Positions 1 through 13,352 of a DNA stretch of 64,000 bases are shown here, one piece after another. How positions within the stretch are numbered: the first letter of the stretch is position 1; each line of letters starts with the position of its first letter. This stretch comes from Octopus sinensis. Its lineage: Eukaryota. The notes under the pieces are model-generated. The model worked only from the letters and a program-made list of their open reading frames with translations. It made no database searches and was not told where the DNA came from. Location: NCBI RefSeq assembly GCF_006345805.1, contig NC_042997.1:43586001-43650000 (forward strand). Reading direction: 5' to 3'. Position numbers and translations under genes: made by a program.

Positions 1-1
1 A

Positions 2-380
2 GGAGGCGCAATGGCCCAGTGGTTAGGGCAGCGGACTCGCGGTCGTAGGATCGCGGTTTCGGTTCCCAGACCGGGCGTTGTGAGTGTTTATTGAGCGAAA
101 ACACCTAAAGCTCCACGAGGCTCCGGCAGGGGATGGTGGCGATCCCTGCTGTACTCTTTCACCACAACTTTCTCTCAGTCCTACTTCCTGTTTCTGTTGT
201 ACCTGTATTTAAAGGGCCGGCCTTGTCACTCTCTGTGTCACGCTGAATATCCCCGAGAACTACGTTAAGGGTACACGTGTCTGTGGAGTACTCAGCCACT
301 TACACGTTAATTTCACCAGAAGGCTGTTCCGTTGATCGGATCAACTGGAACCCTCGTCGTCGTAACCGACGGAGTGCTTC
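2..380 (+). mobile_element. tRNA-derived SINE family A, full length
   Basis: tRNA-like head with A box TGGCCCAGTGG and B-box-like GTTTCGGTTCC; near-identical to copies at 885, 43160 and 61603. Confidence 0.92.
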
Positions 381-884
381 CAAAAATTGTACTTGGGTGC
401 ACACGTCTACAGTTTAATGCTTTAGATGTAATGCAAACTTCTACAGCATTGCTCTTGAATTTATAAGCTGGCATGAAATCTCGATAAAGCACAAAGTGTA
501 CGTATGTAACACGCAGACAGAGCAGAGTACATTTATCAACGGATGAGAAAAGGAAAGGAAACTAATGGGGAAAAATATACAGCTTTATTTTATTTTTCTA
601 GGGCGATGAATTGGTAAAATGATCAGAAATGTGTTGCGGTATTTGTTCCTGCTGGTTATGTTCTGAGTTCAAATCTAGCGAGGGTGGGTGGGTGGATTCT
701 ATAAAATAATGGGTTAACATGCAGTTTAGTGCCGTAAAACAAGTAAAAGTAAATTGTACCCGGAAGTGATGACAGTAAAGTCTTATAATTTCATAAACAC
801 AGGCACTTATTTATATACTGCCTTCTAGTGATAGCATGAGCATTTTTGAATGAGTGTTTGAAGTATACTACTACTATGTCATGT

Positions 885-1268
885 GGAGGCGCAATGGCCC
901 AGTGGTTAGGGCAGCGGACTCGCGGTCATAGGATCGCGGTTTCGATTCCCAGACCGGGCGTTGTGAGTGTTTATTGAGCGAAAACACCTAAAAGCTCCAC
1001 GAGGCTCCGACAGGGGATGGTGGTGATCCCTGCTGTACTCTTTCACCACAACTTTCTCTCACTCTTACTTCCTGTTTCTGTTGTACCTGTATTTCAAAGG
1101 GCCGGCCTTGTCACTCTCTGTGTCATGCTGAATATCCCCGAGAACTACGTTAAGGGTACACGTGTCTGTGGAGTGCTCAGCCACTTACACGTTAATTTCA
1201 CGAGCAGGCTGTTCCCGTTGATTCGGATCAACCGGAACCCTCGTCGTCGTAACCGACGGAGTGCTTCC
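885..1268 (+). mobile_element. SINE family A, full length, with TSD
   Basis: Same sequence as 2-380; ACTACTATGTC at 870-880 and 1273-1283 acts as an 11-bp TSD. Confidence 0.93.
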
Positions 1269-2483
1269 ATCCACTACTATGTCGAGTACCCAACAACGAA
1301 CACCAGTGAAAAGCTATAGGAACGCGTTTGATACCCGACAGGCAGGCTTCCTATGTTTGTTTAGACCACATATATAGTTGTGAAGTTGTGAAGCATTTAA
1401 AAAATTTTGTTGATTCAACGATGAGAATGAGGTTGACCGATGCTCGCCAAGAAGAAACTCAAGAGACCTGCTTTATTTACATCGAATCTGTATGGACGGA
1501 AAAATAGGCTGAGACCGCGTAAAAACTATATATAACTTCTTTGCATCATCATCATTTATATAAATATTATGAAACTATGGGAGTTCCCTGTCATTGCTTC
1601 CAGTCCCTATTAATTTTAACATTTTTATGACACTAAACTGAATGTTAACTAAATAAAGTTCTAGTCAAACAATAGGGTCGATGTAATCAACTTGCTAAAA
1701 CAAGAATTATTTTCCAGTACCAAATACTACAAAAAAAAAATCGAATTCAAATATGTAGTATTCGAATTCTGATGACAAACAATTATCCATATGAAAATTG
1801 GAAACTGTAGAATCTGGAGTACTCCTGTTTATATTTTTGGTTTTACAATAAACATTGCCTATTCCCGTATTAAATTTTTGGATATGTTCCATCTGTTTTC
1901 TTTTCAACTATGAACTAGTATAATATTCGTTTTATTTTCGTGTCGAGAAAAAGTGAGTCGTTTGGCATTAAATATGTAGCATTTCAATATTAGATTGGTC
2001 AACTCCATCTAATAAAGTTGACAGTTTCTAATAAAAATGATTTAAAACTGAAAATTGAAATTCGACGCCGAATAAAACAACTAAATATCTATATTTCTAA
2101 ATACAATATGGCTTTTAAATAAGTATTAAATGTTCCCGCAAGTGTGTTTGCGAGTGCATGTGTATACATAAAGCGATTTTTTTCTTTGAAGATGTCTTAA
2201 CATATTTTGAGACTACTATTTCTCTTTCAAATTCGAGAAGCCAACAATGAAAGAAGAAATAAAGTTAGCGTTAACAGATAACGTTGATTTCTTTCAATAT
2301 TCATAAATTATTGTCATTTTTCACGTGGGATATGAATAAATATCAAGATCAATAAAATAAGTCTTTCTGAACAATAGTGAAATGACTGAACAGTACGAGT
2401 CTTTTGGTTCCTCAGTTCAACATTTCTGTATGCTTTTCACCCACTACAAAATATTTGAGTTCCAGATTATATCCTTTTAAATA

Positions 2484-2884
2484 TTGGCACAAGGTCAGTA
2501 ATTTTGAAGGGAGGGGAAGTCGATTACATCGATCCCTGTGTTCAACTAGTACTTATTTCATCAACCCCGCAAGGATAAAAGGCCAAGTCCACCTTGGCTG
2601 CATTTGAACTCAGAATGTAAAGAGCCTGAAGAAATGCCGCTAATCATTACGTCCAGCGCGGCAAAGATTATGCCAGCTCGCAGTCTTTGAATCTTAGGCT
2701 CAAAGCCTGAGATTTTAGAGTAGGAGGGGGAGCCTAGTACATGACAGGTACTTATTTAAATGACCCTGAAAAGATGAAAGACAAAGGTGACTTCGTCAGA
2801 GTTTGAACTCAGAACGTAAAAACGGACGAAATGCTACCAAGCATTTTGTCCGGTGTACTAACAACTCTGCCAGCTCGTCGGCTT
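2484..2884 (-). mobile_element. Two degenerate SINE family C copies
   Basis: Reverse-complement matches to GAGCTGGCAGA...GTTCTGAGTTCAAA...CCTTTCATC...AAGTACC, present twice. Confidence 0.75.
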
Positions 2885-3027
2885 AATATAGGTCTCAAAT
2901 AATATAAATTGTTTGATTAATTCTTATAGCAGAACGGTTATTCCTGCCTTCAAGAATTTGCTTACATGAAGTAAAACAAAAACTAGTAATATTTCAATTT
3001 AATTCTTACGTTTTTTTTTTTCTGTAG

Positions 3028-3385
3028 TTTGTTTCAGCTCAGAGCTGCGGCCATGCCAATGCACTTCCGTTTCGCTACTCTGTTGTTACTGAGAGCCTCC
3101 TCCAATATGTGGCACTTGGTGAAGAATGGAGTTTGATGTAGCTACCCTCATTTGCACCTCTTGCTCTTGAGGTAGGTTCATATGGGACTCTCGACAGGAG
3201 GAGATCTGGCTTTGATTTAAAAACGCATATATCTACTTTGTGCGGTTCTTTGGGAGAATATTAAAAAGCTGTGGGCCCCTGAAACCCAGGCTGTTGCAGT
3301 AACTGGTCCTGAAGCGCGATGGCGTTGCTGGGATCTTTGGCACTATGCAGTGTCGTCCCGTTCTGGCATTGGTGTAGAAAGGATT
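3028..3385 (-). mobile_element. CR1-like LINE 3' fragment
   Basis: Minus translation YTNARTGRHC...NSLGFRGPQLFNILPK resembles a CR1-group ORF2 C-terminus; 3' end GCATGGCCGCAGCTCTGAGCTGAAAC. Confidence 0.75.
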
Positions 3386-4169
3386 TGAACTACTTTTCTT
3401 AGATTTACGAGGTCTACTTCTTTGGTTCATACTTATATGTATAACTATACACAATTGGCTGAATTGTATATATAAACATGAAAGAATGATGTGTGATTTG
3501 AGGAGAGATCTGTATATTGTTGGGTCATGAATACATTTCTACGTAAAATAGGCAGTTGAAATTTGGAAGAGATTTAGCTGCTACTCTTATCATGTCTATC
3601 ATGGTGTAGATGCTTCCTGTTTTAGTTTAACACATAAGTTTCTCTGTGTGTGTGTGTGTGTATGTGTGTGTGTGTGTGTGTGTGTGTAACGACAGATGTC
3701 TGTATTTGTGTTTGTAACTAAGTTGATACATTAAGTTTATCGAACAAATGAAGAAACTAGATTGCCATTAAACATCGAGAAAATATTATCAAACTTCTTA
3801 ATAATAACAAATATATGTTTTAAAATACTAACCAAGTTTATAACCAGATTCTCTTGACATAATTATGAATATATGTCGAGTAACCTTTATTTCCTGTTCG
3901 TCACTTCTATAGTACTTAATGTCACACTCTTTTTACAGTCACACAATTGGTTACGGTAAAATGTTCTCTGTGAATATATCGAGAGTGAAGTATATGTCTC
4001 TAGTTAGAACTCAGGAGGTTCTTTGTTCAAATTCTTTGATTAAGTGTTCATACGGACACCGAAAACAAACCTGTAACTATGTTATGGTACCAACCAGCAT
4101 GCTACAGAGGGCGATTAACTACCCAAATGTGCATAAAACCTTCCCACAAACGTCAACAACAGGGTGAAG

Positions 4170-5700
4170 ATGACTGACCCCGCACCAGATATTAAGTCGA
4201 GTCCCCTCACGCAACTATTCCCGAGTCTCTAATCACGGCGAACAGTTTTTAACGTGTTGAATGCTTTTCGCTTCTCCTCTAAACTAAGACCAATTTCTTC
4301 TTCATTATCGTCAAACCAATCCTGGTGCTTTTTCACAACAAAACCAAGAATGTTATTACAAACCTCATAGACTCTGTTTTTGAATAAATTCCAACTTCCA
4401 TCACAGGTCAAATCATTTATCTCACAAAATTACCGAGAGCTGACGGCATCTTAAGTTTATTGGCATCAATCCGTTTAGGTCACTTGACGCTGTTTGCTCT
4501 AACCTTAGGCTTGACAACTAAATTCACCTTAGCACGCAAAAGCCTATGGTCCATCCAGCACTTTGCCCCAAGCATAACTCGCACAATAGCAAAGTCCCTG
4601 ATATCACGTTTCCTAGTAAGAATGCAATCTATAAGGTGCCATTTCTTAGATCCAGGGTGCATCCATGTTGTTTTATGATTATTTTTTAGTTGAAACATTG
4701 TCTTCATGACACACAGATCCATCTCAGCTCACATTTGTAATAACAGTAAAGTGTTGTAACTCTCAACCCCATGTTTTCCTAAAACATCCCAAGTCTCCCA
4801 ATCTGCACCAATGCGAGTATTAAAACCACCTAAAATGACAACTTTGTCATCAGGAAGGATACTGCAGATAATCCCTAAGTGACAGAAGGCAAGTTTATCA
4901 TTTTCGGACGAATTCGTAGTTATGAGTGTTGCATGGCGAGCCTTTCTTAACGGAATTGTTAAAAACATCAAACTATCAGAATGGCCACATGGTAGTTCCT
5001 CAAGTCTAGAAACCAAAGTTGTTTTAATTGCAACTCCAGCTCCTGATTCTCTCTTACAAGTCTCAGCTCGACCGCTGCTCCAAAAACAGAGTCACGGCGA
5101 TATGTTTATCGCTGTAACTCTTTTGCAACAAATGCGAATTTTCTCTCCAGACCAGATTTCAACAGACCATTGTCTAATAAGGTTCGAATATTCTAACACC
5201 CAATATTCATAGGCTTGCACTTTAACCTGAATTTACTCACAGTTCCAGGATGACGACCGGATCCAGGCTGTGGTGCCCTGGGACACCTGCCGGGCCAGAC
5301 TACAGGACAACATGTTCCGAAGCTCTTTTTGCCATTTACTTCAGTATCAGTATCGACTTTCATTGTTTTAATGTGCCTCTTTTGGCTTCGACCAGCCATC
5401 TACATTCAAGATGTTCGTTTCTTTTTCCTTTCCTGCAATACCTGTGCTTGACGCTTTTTAAAGTGAGGAAAAGTTTTGCACAGAACTAATCCCACTCTCT
5501 AAACTACAAAGCATGATTCGAAAAGAAGAGCAAGTCGACATCATAGGGTGCAGTTGCAATCGCAGGTTTTATATCAGCGTGTCCTTCTCCCAGTCTTGCC
5601 CAATCAAAGGCTAACCACAAGACAGCAGTGAAGGATTTGAATTCAGAGTTATCTTCGCCTCGGAAGATTGCCTTCACCACGGCCTTGTTAGACACAGGAG
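4170..5700 (-). mobile_element. RTE-clade LINE, 5' part (APE endonuclease), frameshifted
   Basis: Motifs ILGGFNTRIG, TWMHPGSKKWHLIDCIL, DHRLL and KKHQDWFDDN; the extent above about 5400 (putative 5' UTR) is uncertain. Confidence 0.85.
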
Positions 5701-5896
5701 CTCCACCCGCCCCTTTATATTTATACAAACACACGCACAAATATATAAAATATATTTTTCTTTTTTCTTTCTCTTTTCGTTCTTTTTTTAAAATATAAAT
5801 GTAAAATATAAATATATATGTAAACAATATCAAGGAGATATAAAGGGAATCATAAATATGTATAAATATAAAATATTTCTAAAAAAATATTTTCAT

Positions 5897-5965
5897 CTAC
5901 CTACCTACCTACCTACCTACCTACCTACCTACCAACCAACCAACCAACCAACCAACCTACCTACC

Positions 5966-5995
<30 letters not shown>
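5897..5995. repeat. Compound microsatellite (CTAC)n(CAAC)n(CTAC)n(ATAC)n
   Basis: Directly visible. Confidence 0.95.
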
Positions 5996-5996
<1 letters not shown>

Positions 5997-6004
5997 GTCG
6001 TTAT

Positions 6005-6500
6005 TGTCGTCGTCGGCGGCTGTCCCTTGTAGATTGACGTTGGTTGTTACTGTTCGGTAATCATCTCTAGCAGGCTCGTATGTGGGCCACAAGGCCTGCT
6101 CTTGATCAGCACAGCGATGACATCTACTGCAGGTGAAGCTATTTAACGTAACGGAGAAGTGATGCCTCTCATGTGCTCTTTTTTTATATTCGCTGTTGTT
6201 TTTCCTCAGTGGCCGGAAATACGAGCTTCAACGATCGGTGCCATTCATTGCGCTGCAGGACCTTCTCTTCCCAGATATCTTAAGAGATGCCGAAGTTCTT
6301 CGTATGTCTCTTCAGCATATTCATGCATCGCAATCTCAGACCACTACGGCTCCTTCTGCCTTGATGCAGTTCAGGGTAAAAACCGTCTTTGGGAGTTTGC
6401 CACTCTCCATCATGCAAACGTGCCCCGCTCATATGTGACAAAATGGCTTCAAAGACCGTGTAAAAGCTATTTGTACGTTCTACGCGTCGTTTCCATGTTG
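6005..6500 (-). mobile_element. RTE LINE 3' remnant
   Basis: Minus translation GHVCMMESGKLPKTVF and DIWEEKVLQRNEWHR match the RTE ORF C-terminal pattern GHV.RM...RLPK...WE....DR..WR. Confidence 0.65.
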
Positions 6501-6789
6501 TAAAATTATAATGAAATTATGAAATTTCGCTGTTATCTCTTCCAATTTCTATCGCAAGTTACTTCCACTTATTTTAGTGCACTAAACTGCATGTTAACCA
6601 AGGAATTTATAGCAGCACGGTAGTGTAAATGAAACGAAATAACATCAGTGGTCGTTTCTTGCATTGACTCGTGATCCCAAAATAATAAATAGAAATGTGT
6701 TATCAATTGAATTAACCGCAGTACATGCCGAGTAATTAATTTATTGCAAGACAAATGGCTTCCCCTGTTAGTTTTGAACTCAAATCATA

Positions 6790-8962
6790 TTATTGTCTTC
6801 TTTCAATTTTGTATCCATTTCTTGCTGAGTGTCTTCTCAACACCTAGAGTAAAGAAACTCACTGTATACATTGATAGACCATCAAAATAAACACACCAGG
6901 TTGTTCATTTACAAAGTCATGTGATAGAAAAACGAAAGAAAGAAAAAAATGAAAAGAAAACAAAGAAAATAAAGGGGGAAAAGGAATATGTGTGACCAGT
7001 TAAGACAATATTTTGCACTTCTTGCATGGATGGTAAGCCAGAGATCATCCTCAAATAATTTTCAGTTCCTTTTTTGATCATTCCGAGTGCTCCTACAATC
7101 ACTGGTATTGCAGCCATCTTGAGATCTCAAATATTTTCGATTTCAATCAGCAAATCTTTATATTGTCTGAGATTATCAAATTCTCTTGCTGCGATATTAT
7201 GATCACAAGATATGCTCGTGTCAATCAACAAACAGATTTTATTGTTTTGGTCTTTCACAACAATAGCTGATTTATTAGTTTTGATGGTCTGGTTTGTATG
7301 TACTGGAAAGTCCTAGAGAATCGTTACATTTTCTCCCACAGTCACAGCCTCAGAGTGGTGTTTGTACCATTTATCAGCAGTTCCAATTTTATAATGCCGA
7401 CATATTATCCAGGATCGATATTGGCCAACTCCGTCTCGTCTTGATTTATATCCTACTGGCGCTAAAACCCAGAGATTAGATGGCCCACTTTTTCGATGTC
7501 ATTGTTGCGGTGTCGGCACTTTGGTTCTATTCCATTTTCATCACATTGGCTTGGTAGTTCCGGGTCAATAAATTCTGATATTGAGCAGCTGAAATAAAGC
7601 CTTCACTCTCTGCCTTTAGCCCTGAGCTCTGTAGCCACTGATGGGTATGCTTCTGGTCTACATCAGCTTGTTTGCTACCAGCTACATATTTGCCATGCAG
7701 AAGTTTTTATTCCCACCTATCAGCCAATTGTTCAAACTCATTTTCTTCATTGATTTCACCTTCTTAGCAACAACAGTTGCTGCACTTCCATCATGCTGTC
7801 CAACCTGTGTATTATGCATGAATTCACTAGCAAATTTTTTGCTCTCCTTCTTGACAGAATGAAACTTCTTACGTCTCACGTAGTTTTCAACGAGTTTTAG
7901 TATCCAGTCGTTAGATGTTTCAAGAAATTTGGCCAGTCCAATTGCAAGAGAATATAAATTGGATCAAGCCCCGACCTCCTTTGGGAGGTGCATCTTGTTG
8001 CAAGTCAGCAGCTTACAGATTTTACTATCAATCTTCCTTATTTCGCTGATATTCCAGTTCAACACATTGAAACTATAAATAACAACGGAAACTTCTGAAG
8101 GAATTTATGGCTAACACCTTGTTACGAGCATTTCACTCAGATTTTAGGACTGCTCGAACTCTCCTGTAACATACCCTCCAGATCATCTCTTCCATGCTTG
8201 CATGCTGAATGCCAGAAACCCCATTTATTCCTGCTCGAGCTGTTTTATAATTGTATCAATATCTAACACCACTGAATATGAGGTCTTCAATTTCCCTTAC
8301 TGAACAGTGGCCTTGGTACAGTTATCAAGACCAAATTCCATCCCGATGTCATCACTGAATGCTTTCACAATAGATCTTCAAGCTCATTACTGTCTTTGCA
8401 ATAGAGTTTTAAGTCATCCATGTAAAATAGATGGCTTATTTTCTTGTCAATTTTATATCCACACCCTGTTCTGTTCAGTTCACTTGTAAGGAGTATTAGA
8501 GACTATGCAAAAAATTAGAGGTGGAAGTGAATTACCTTGGAAAAAGTCACAGTTGGTATTAGTATTGTTTGTAGTTAGTATTCCATTAGAGTGGAGTAAC
8601 TGAAGAGTCGTATTCCACACTGACATGTTGTGCTTCAGGAAGTTTGAAATTATAGGAGAAATTTTGAAGATATCCAGTGATTTCAAGACCCTTGAATAAG
8701 CTATGCCGTTAAAGCCCTTTTTGTAATCAATCCATGCGGAACTGAGATTTCTGCGTTTGTTATGACAGTTCTCAAGGATCATACTATTGATTAGAATTTG
8801 ATCCTTGCATCCATATGAGCCCCGTCAGCATCCTTTTTGTTTAGTGGGAAAATATCGTTGTGTTCCATAAAGGCGTATGTTTTCTATCTACGTAGTAGAT
8901 AGACAGGTTATGGGCCGATAATTTTGGGGAAACTTGGCCTAATTATTCTTTGGAAGTAGGTA
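6790..8962 (-). mobile_element. RLE-type (R4/Dong-like) LINE, degenerate, RT to 3' end
   Basis: RT motifs AWIDYKKGF and FQGNSLPPLIFC; RLE end PVIVGALGMIKK; (TAA)n tract at its 5' junction. Confidence 0.88.
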
Positions 8963-9037
<75 letters not shown>

Positions 9038-9038
9038 A
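8962..9038. repeat. (TTA)n microsatellite
   Basis: Directly visible; abuts the RLE LINE. Confidence 0.95.
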
Positions 9039-9039
9039 T

Positions 9040-10790
9040 TTTAAAAAGGATTGACTTAACTCTTCACAAAGGTAAACTGTCAAGACAAAGAGCACGATTC
9101 GATCGTAATAGATAATTTATTGGTTGAACAATATTTCGACAGTAAGTCTGTCTTTGTCAAGTACAAAATAAAAGGTGATAAAAATTCAAAATTATAGAAA
9201 TTTAAATTCAAAGTATGAACGAGAGCAACCAGCGTCCACGCGTTGATGGAATGACATCATCGGTCTTTAAGTTACAATTTTATAACAGGCGAAAAGAAAA
9301 AGACAGAAAAAAAGACAGAAAAATAGGAAAGAAAAATGAAAAGGAAAAAGAAGAATATTTAATCAAACAGTTTTGTATGAATTTGATGATATTCTCCTGC
9401 CATTTTATTCATTCCTCCAGGGCGTGATGTTAATAACCCGCAAACATATTTCTCCTCATGCATTTTGAGAAGTGAAAGTGAAGCAGATTCAGAATATTTT
9501 CTGAGAATATGCACTTTCAAGTCTTCTTCAAAATTGCTGCCGCTTGAAATGAAATGTTCGGCAAGTTCTGTCGAACTACTGTTATTGTGCCTCACGTCGA
9601 ATCTGTGCCCATTAAACCTTTTGTTTAATTGTTCTGTTGTGCAACCAACATAAATCAAGTTGTGTTTCGTGCATTCTGCCGCGTACACCAAATGGAATCT
9701 CTACATGTCCTACCTTCTGAATAAATCATAACATTTCTGTTATGATTCCTGATGGAATTCACTTCACTCATGTTGTTGCATAATGAACAGGGCTTACCTC
9801 CCTTGCGGCTGTTTTTCAGAGTACAGCGTACAGATACTCCAATGTTCGTATTTTTTAAAGTCAGAAATAGAGGTCAATAATTCTCTTATATTCTTATTCC
9901 TTCTAAAGGCTACAATAGGCGGCTGAGGAAATATCTGCTTGAAACGAGGATATTTTTTCGTCACACGCTGGTAATTTTCATGCAACACGTTTGAAATGCC
10001 AGCGAAATGTCGGTGTCACTTAATCACGAAAGTAATTTTGTAATCTATCGTATTGTGTTTGCTAAAATTATGCGTGAAGGTTTGACAATCTTTGCTAATC
10101 TTAGCTATTTCATTTGTTATTTCCTTTAATCTTGATTCACTGCAACCGCATTTGACATAATGATATACAAAAGCATTTGCATGTTTCCAGTAATCCCCTA
10201 TGTCAATATATATCCGTTTTATCCTCAAAAGTTGGGATTTCGGATTTGACCGAATAATATGATGTGTATGATCGGAGAAGCGGTGGAGATAAATGTGGGA
10301 TGACGTGAGCTTGCAAAATAACTGTCCCTAGAAAACTTGACTTTTGTGTCCAAAAATTCAACGGTAGTTTTTGGAAATCTAGAACCTAAATTTTATGTTG
10401 GACTTAAAGCCATAGTTTTTAGCATAACAGTCACAGAAACGCAAGAAGTCCCTTAAGCTATTCTGTGATCCTTCCCAGACAAAAAAACACGTCATCAATG
10501 AACCGTAACCAGAGTATTGGTTCATGACCATGAAGGGTTTTGAATGTGTTCAGTAACTGCCTCGAATTTCGTCATGAGGATATTAGCGAAATTTATTGCC
10601 AAGGGGTTACCCATGGCGCAACCCTTCGTCTGGTGGTAAAATCTTTGTCTAAACTTCGTTGTGTTACTTTGTAACACAAACCTCAATATTCTAGAGAGAA
10701 AATTTGATAGAATACTTTTGTTTGACCGCTTTTCGAAGGCATCTATACCATATATTTTTTGCAATTTACTAAACAATTATCATCGTTTTG
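9040..10790 (-). mobile_element. Penelope-like element, degenerate (RT + GIY-YIG endonuclease)
   Basis: QTKGCAMGNPLAINFANILM, LRFIDDVF, PPIVAFRRNKNIRELL; GIY-YIG-like VYAAECTKHNLIYVGCTTEQLNKRFNGHR in ORF 9359-9691. Confidence 0.92.
9126..9166 (-). ncRNA. Degenerate hammerhead-like motif at the Penelope 3' end
   Basis: Minus strand TTGACAA-A-GACAG-actta-CTGTC-GAAA-TATT: stem II intact, core decayed. Confidence 0.4.
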
Positions 10791-10865
10791 CTGTTAATAA
10801 GCATTATGGGTGACATAATACATTTCCCAATGTCATAGTATGATTCATATACGGTATTTTTATAC

Positions 10866-11022
10866 AATTCCGCCGAGGTCGACTTTGCCTTTCATCCTTT
10901 CGGGGTCGATAAATTAAGTACCAGTTACGCACTGGGGTCGATGTAATCGACTTAGTACCTATGTCTGTCCTTGTTTGTCCCCTCTGTGTTTAGCCCCTTG
11001 TGGGTAATAAAGAAATAGGTAT
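10866..11022 (+). mobile_element. SINE family C, 5'-truncated
   Basis: AATTCCGCCGAGGTCGACTTTGCCTTTCATCCTTTCGGGGTCGATAAATTAAGTACCAG, which resembles a Deu/Nin-type central domain. Confidence 0.85.
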
Positions 11023-11389
11023 TTTTATACAATATTTGTCTGCGTATATGTGTGAGAGAGAGGGAGCGAGAGAGAGAGAGAGAGAGAGAAAGAGAGACAG
11101 ACAGACAGAAAGAGAGAAAGAGAGAGAGAGAGATGTATTTCAGTACCCTCAAGAAAATCATTGAGGAAAACGTTGGCTCACATTGTAGTATCTTGGTGAA
11201 CGCGTTTCAAGACCGCAATATATGGAGGAACACCACAGTGTCATCAATTGACGTTGGATGATGAAACTCTCTATTTATCATTGATGAAAGGCTCAGCTAT
11301 GATGGAGGCATCAGGATGTTGTAGCAATTGAACAGATGATTCAGAACGAATTACTGCCTTTGCGATTAATAGCTTTTGAACTATAATAA

Positions 11390-12411
11390 TTCTTTCCACT
11401 TTAGACAAAAAGCCTGATATTTTTTGGGGCGGGTGTAAGTCGATTACATCGACCCCAATACTCAACTGATACTAATTTTATCGAGTCTGAAATTATGAAA
11501 GGCAAAGTCAACCTTAGCGGAATTTCAACTCAGAACGTAAAGACAGACGAAATACCTATTTCTTTACTACCCACAAGGGGCTAAACACAGAGAGGACAAA
11601 CAAGGACAGGCAAACGGATTAAGTCGATTATAGCGACCTCAGTGTGTAACTGGTACTTATTTAATCGACCACGGCGGAATTTGAACTCAGAACGTAGCGG
11701 CAGACGAAATACCTATTTCTTTACTACCCACAAGGGGCTAAACACAGAGAGGACAAACAAGGACAGACAAACGGATTAAGTCGATTATAGCGACCTCAGT
11801 ACGTAACTGGTACTTATTTAATCGACCACGGCGGAATTGAACTCAGAACGTAGCGGCAGACGAATACCTATTTCTTTACTACCACAAGGGGCTAAACACA
11901 GAGAGGACAAACAAGGACAGGCAAACGGATTAAGTCGATTATAGCGACCTCAGTGTGTAACTGGTACTTATTTAATCGACCACGGCGGAATTTGAACTCA
12001 GAACGTAGCGGCAGACGAAATACCTATTTCTTTACTACCCACAAGGGGCTAAACACAGAGAGGACAAACAAGGACAGACAAACGGATTAAGTCGATTATA
12101 GCGACCTCAGTACGTAACTGGTACTTATTTAATCGACCACGGCGGAATTTGAACTCAGAACGTAGCGGCAGACGAAATACCTATTTCTTTACTACCCACA
12201 AGGGGCTAAACACAGAGAGGACAAACAAGGACAGACAAACGGATTAAGTTGATTATATCGACCCCAGTGCATAACTGGTACTTATTTAATGGACCCCCGA
12301 AAGGACGAAAGGCAAAGTCAACCACGGCGGAATTTGAACTCAAAACGTAACGGCAGACGAAATACGGCTACGCATTTCGCCCGGCGTGCTAACGTTTCTG
12401 CCAGCTCGCTG
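11390..12411 (-). mobile_element. Multimeric SINE C with about 6 tandem body modules
   Basis: One head at about 12411; module starts at 11673, 11830, 11984 and 12141 (157, 154, 157 bp spacing). Confidence 0.9.
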
Positions 12412-12738
12412 ATTTTTTTTTGTTTATTTATTTAGTTAATTATTTATTTATTAAAAAAAATTTTTTTTTTTTTACTATAATAACATTTCTCAATAGCAGA
12501 GTTTCTTATATTTTTATTATTAGAATTCCATAAGCTTCGTGATCAAATTTTTGCTATTTATGCTACAAGAATTTTTACTTGTCTCGAGGGACATTTCTGG
12601 AATTTTTGGTTTGCATGCAACCAAAACAGGATATGGAGATGCTTATTTATGATTTCGTATTAAGTGGTTCAGAAGCAAATCTAGTTTATGAAAACAAAAT
12701 GAAAACAAAAACAAACTATTCTCTTAAAGATTAATATT

Positions 12739-13352
12739 AGTTTCAAATATTGGTACAAAACCAGCAATTTTGGGGAAGCAGGTTAAGTTGAGTATATCGA
12801 GTCCACTATTCAATTGGTACTTATTTCATCAATCCCAAAAAGATGAAAGGCAAAGCCGACCTCGGTGGAATTTGAACTCAGAACGTAAAGACGGACGAAA
12901 TGCCGCTAAGTATTTTTCCGGCGTGGTAATGATTCTTATTTCTTTATTGTCCACAAGGGGCTAAACATAGAAGGGACAAACAAGGACAGACAAGGGATTA
13001 AGTCGATTAAATAGACCCCAGTGCATAACTGGTACTTAATTTATCGACCCCGAAAGGATGAAAGGCAAAGTCGACCTCGGCAGAATTTGAACTCAGAACG
13101 TAACGGCAGACGAAATACCTATTTCTTTACTACCCACAAGGGGATAAACATAGAGGGGACAAATAAGGACAGACAAAGGTATTAAGTCGATTACATCGAC
13201 TCCAGTGCGTAACTGGTACTTATTTAATCGACCCCGAAAGGATGAAAGGCAAAGTCGACCAAGGCGGAATTTGAACTCAGAACGTAGCGGCAGACGAAAT
13301 TCTGCTAAGCATTTCGCCCGGCGCGCTAACGATTTTGCCAGCTCATCACCTT
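12739..13352 (-). mobile_element. Trimeric SINE C with probable TSD
   Basis: Three body modules; AAGATTAATATT at 12727-12738 and AAGACTAATATT at 13358-13369. Confidence 0.88.

Noticed and set aside
2-76. SINE A head as a tRNA gene (Arg-like)
   Set aside because: It is always followed by the same 300-bp body, and some copies have TSDs, so it is a SINE head.
11517-12300. CRISPR-like appearance of the regular repeats (also 15772-16054)
   Set aside because: Head-to-tail tandem units with no unique spacers, no cas genes and a eukaryotic context.
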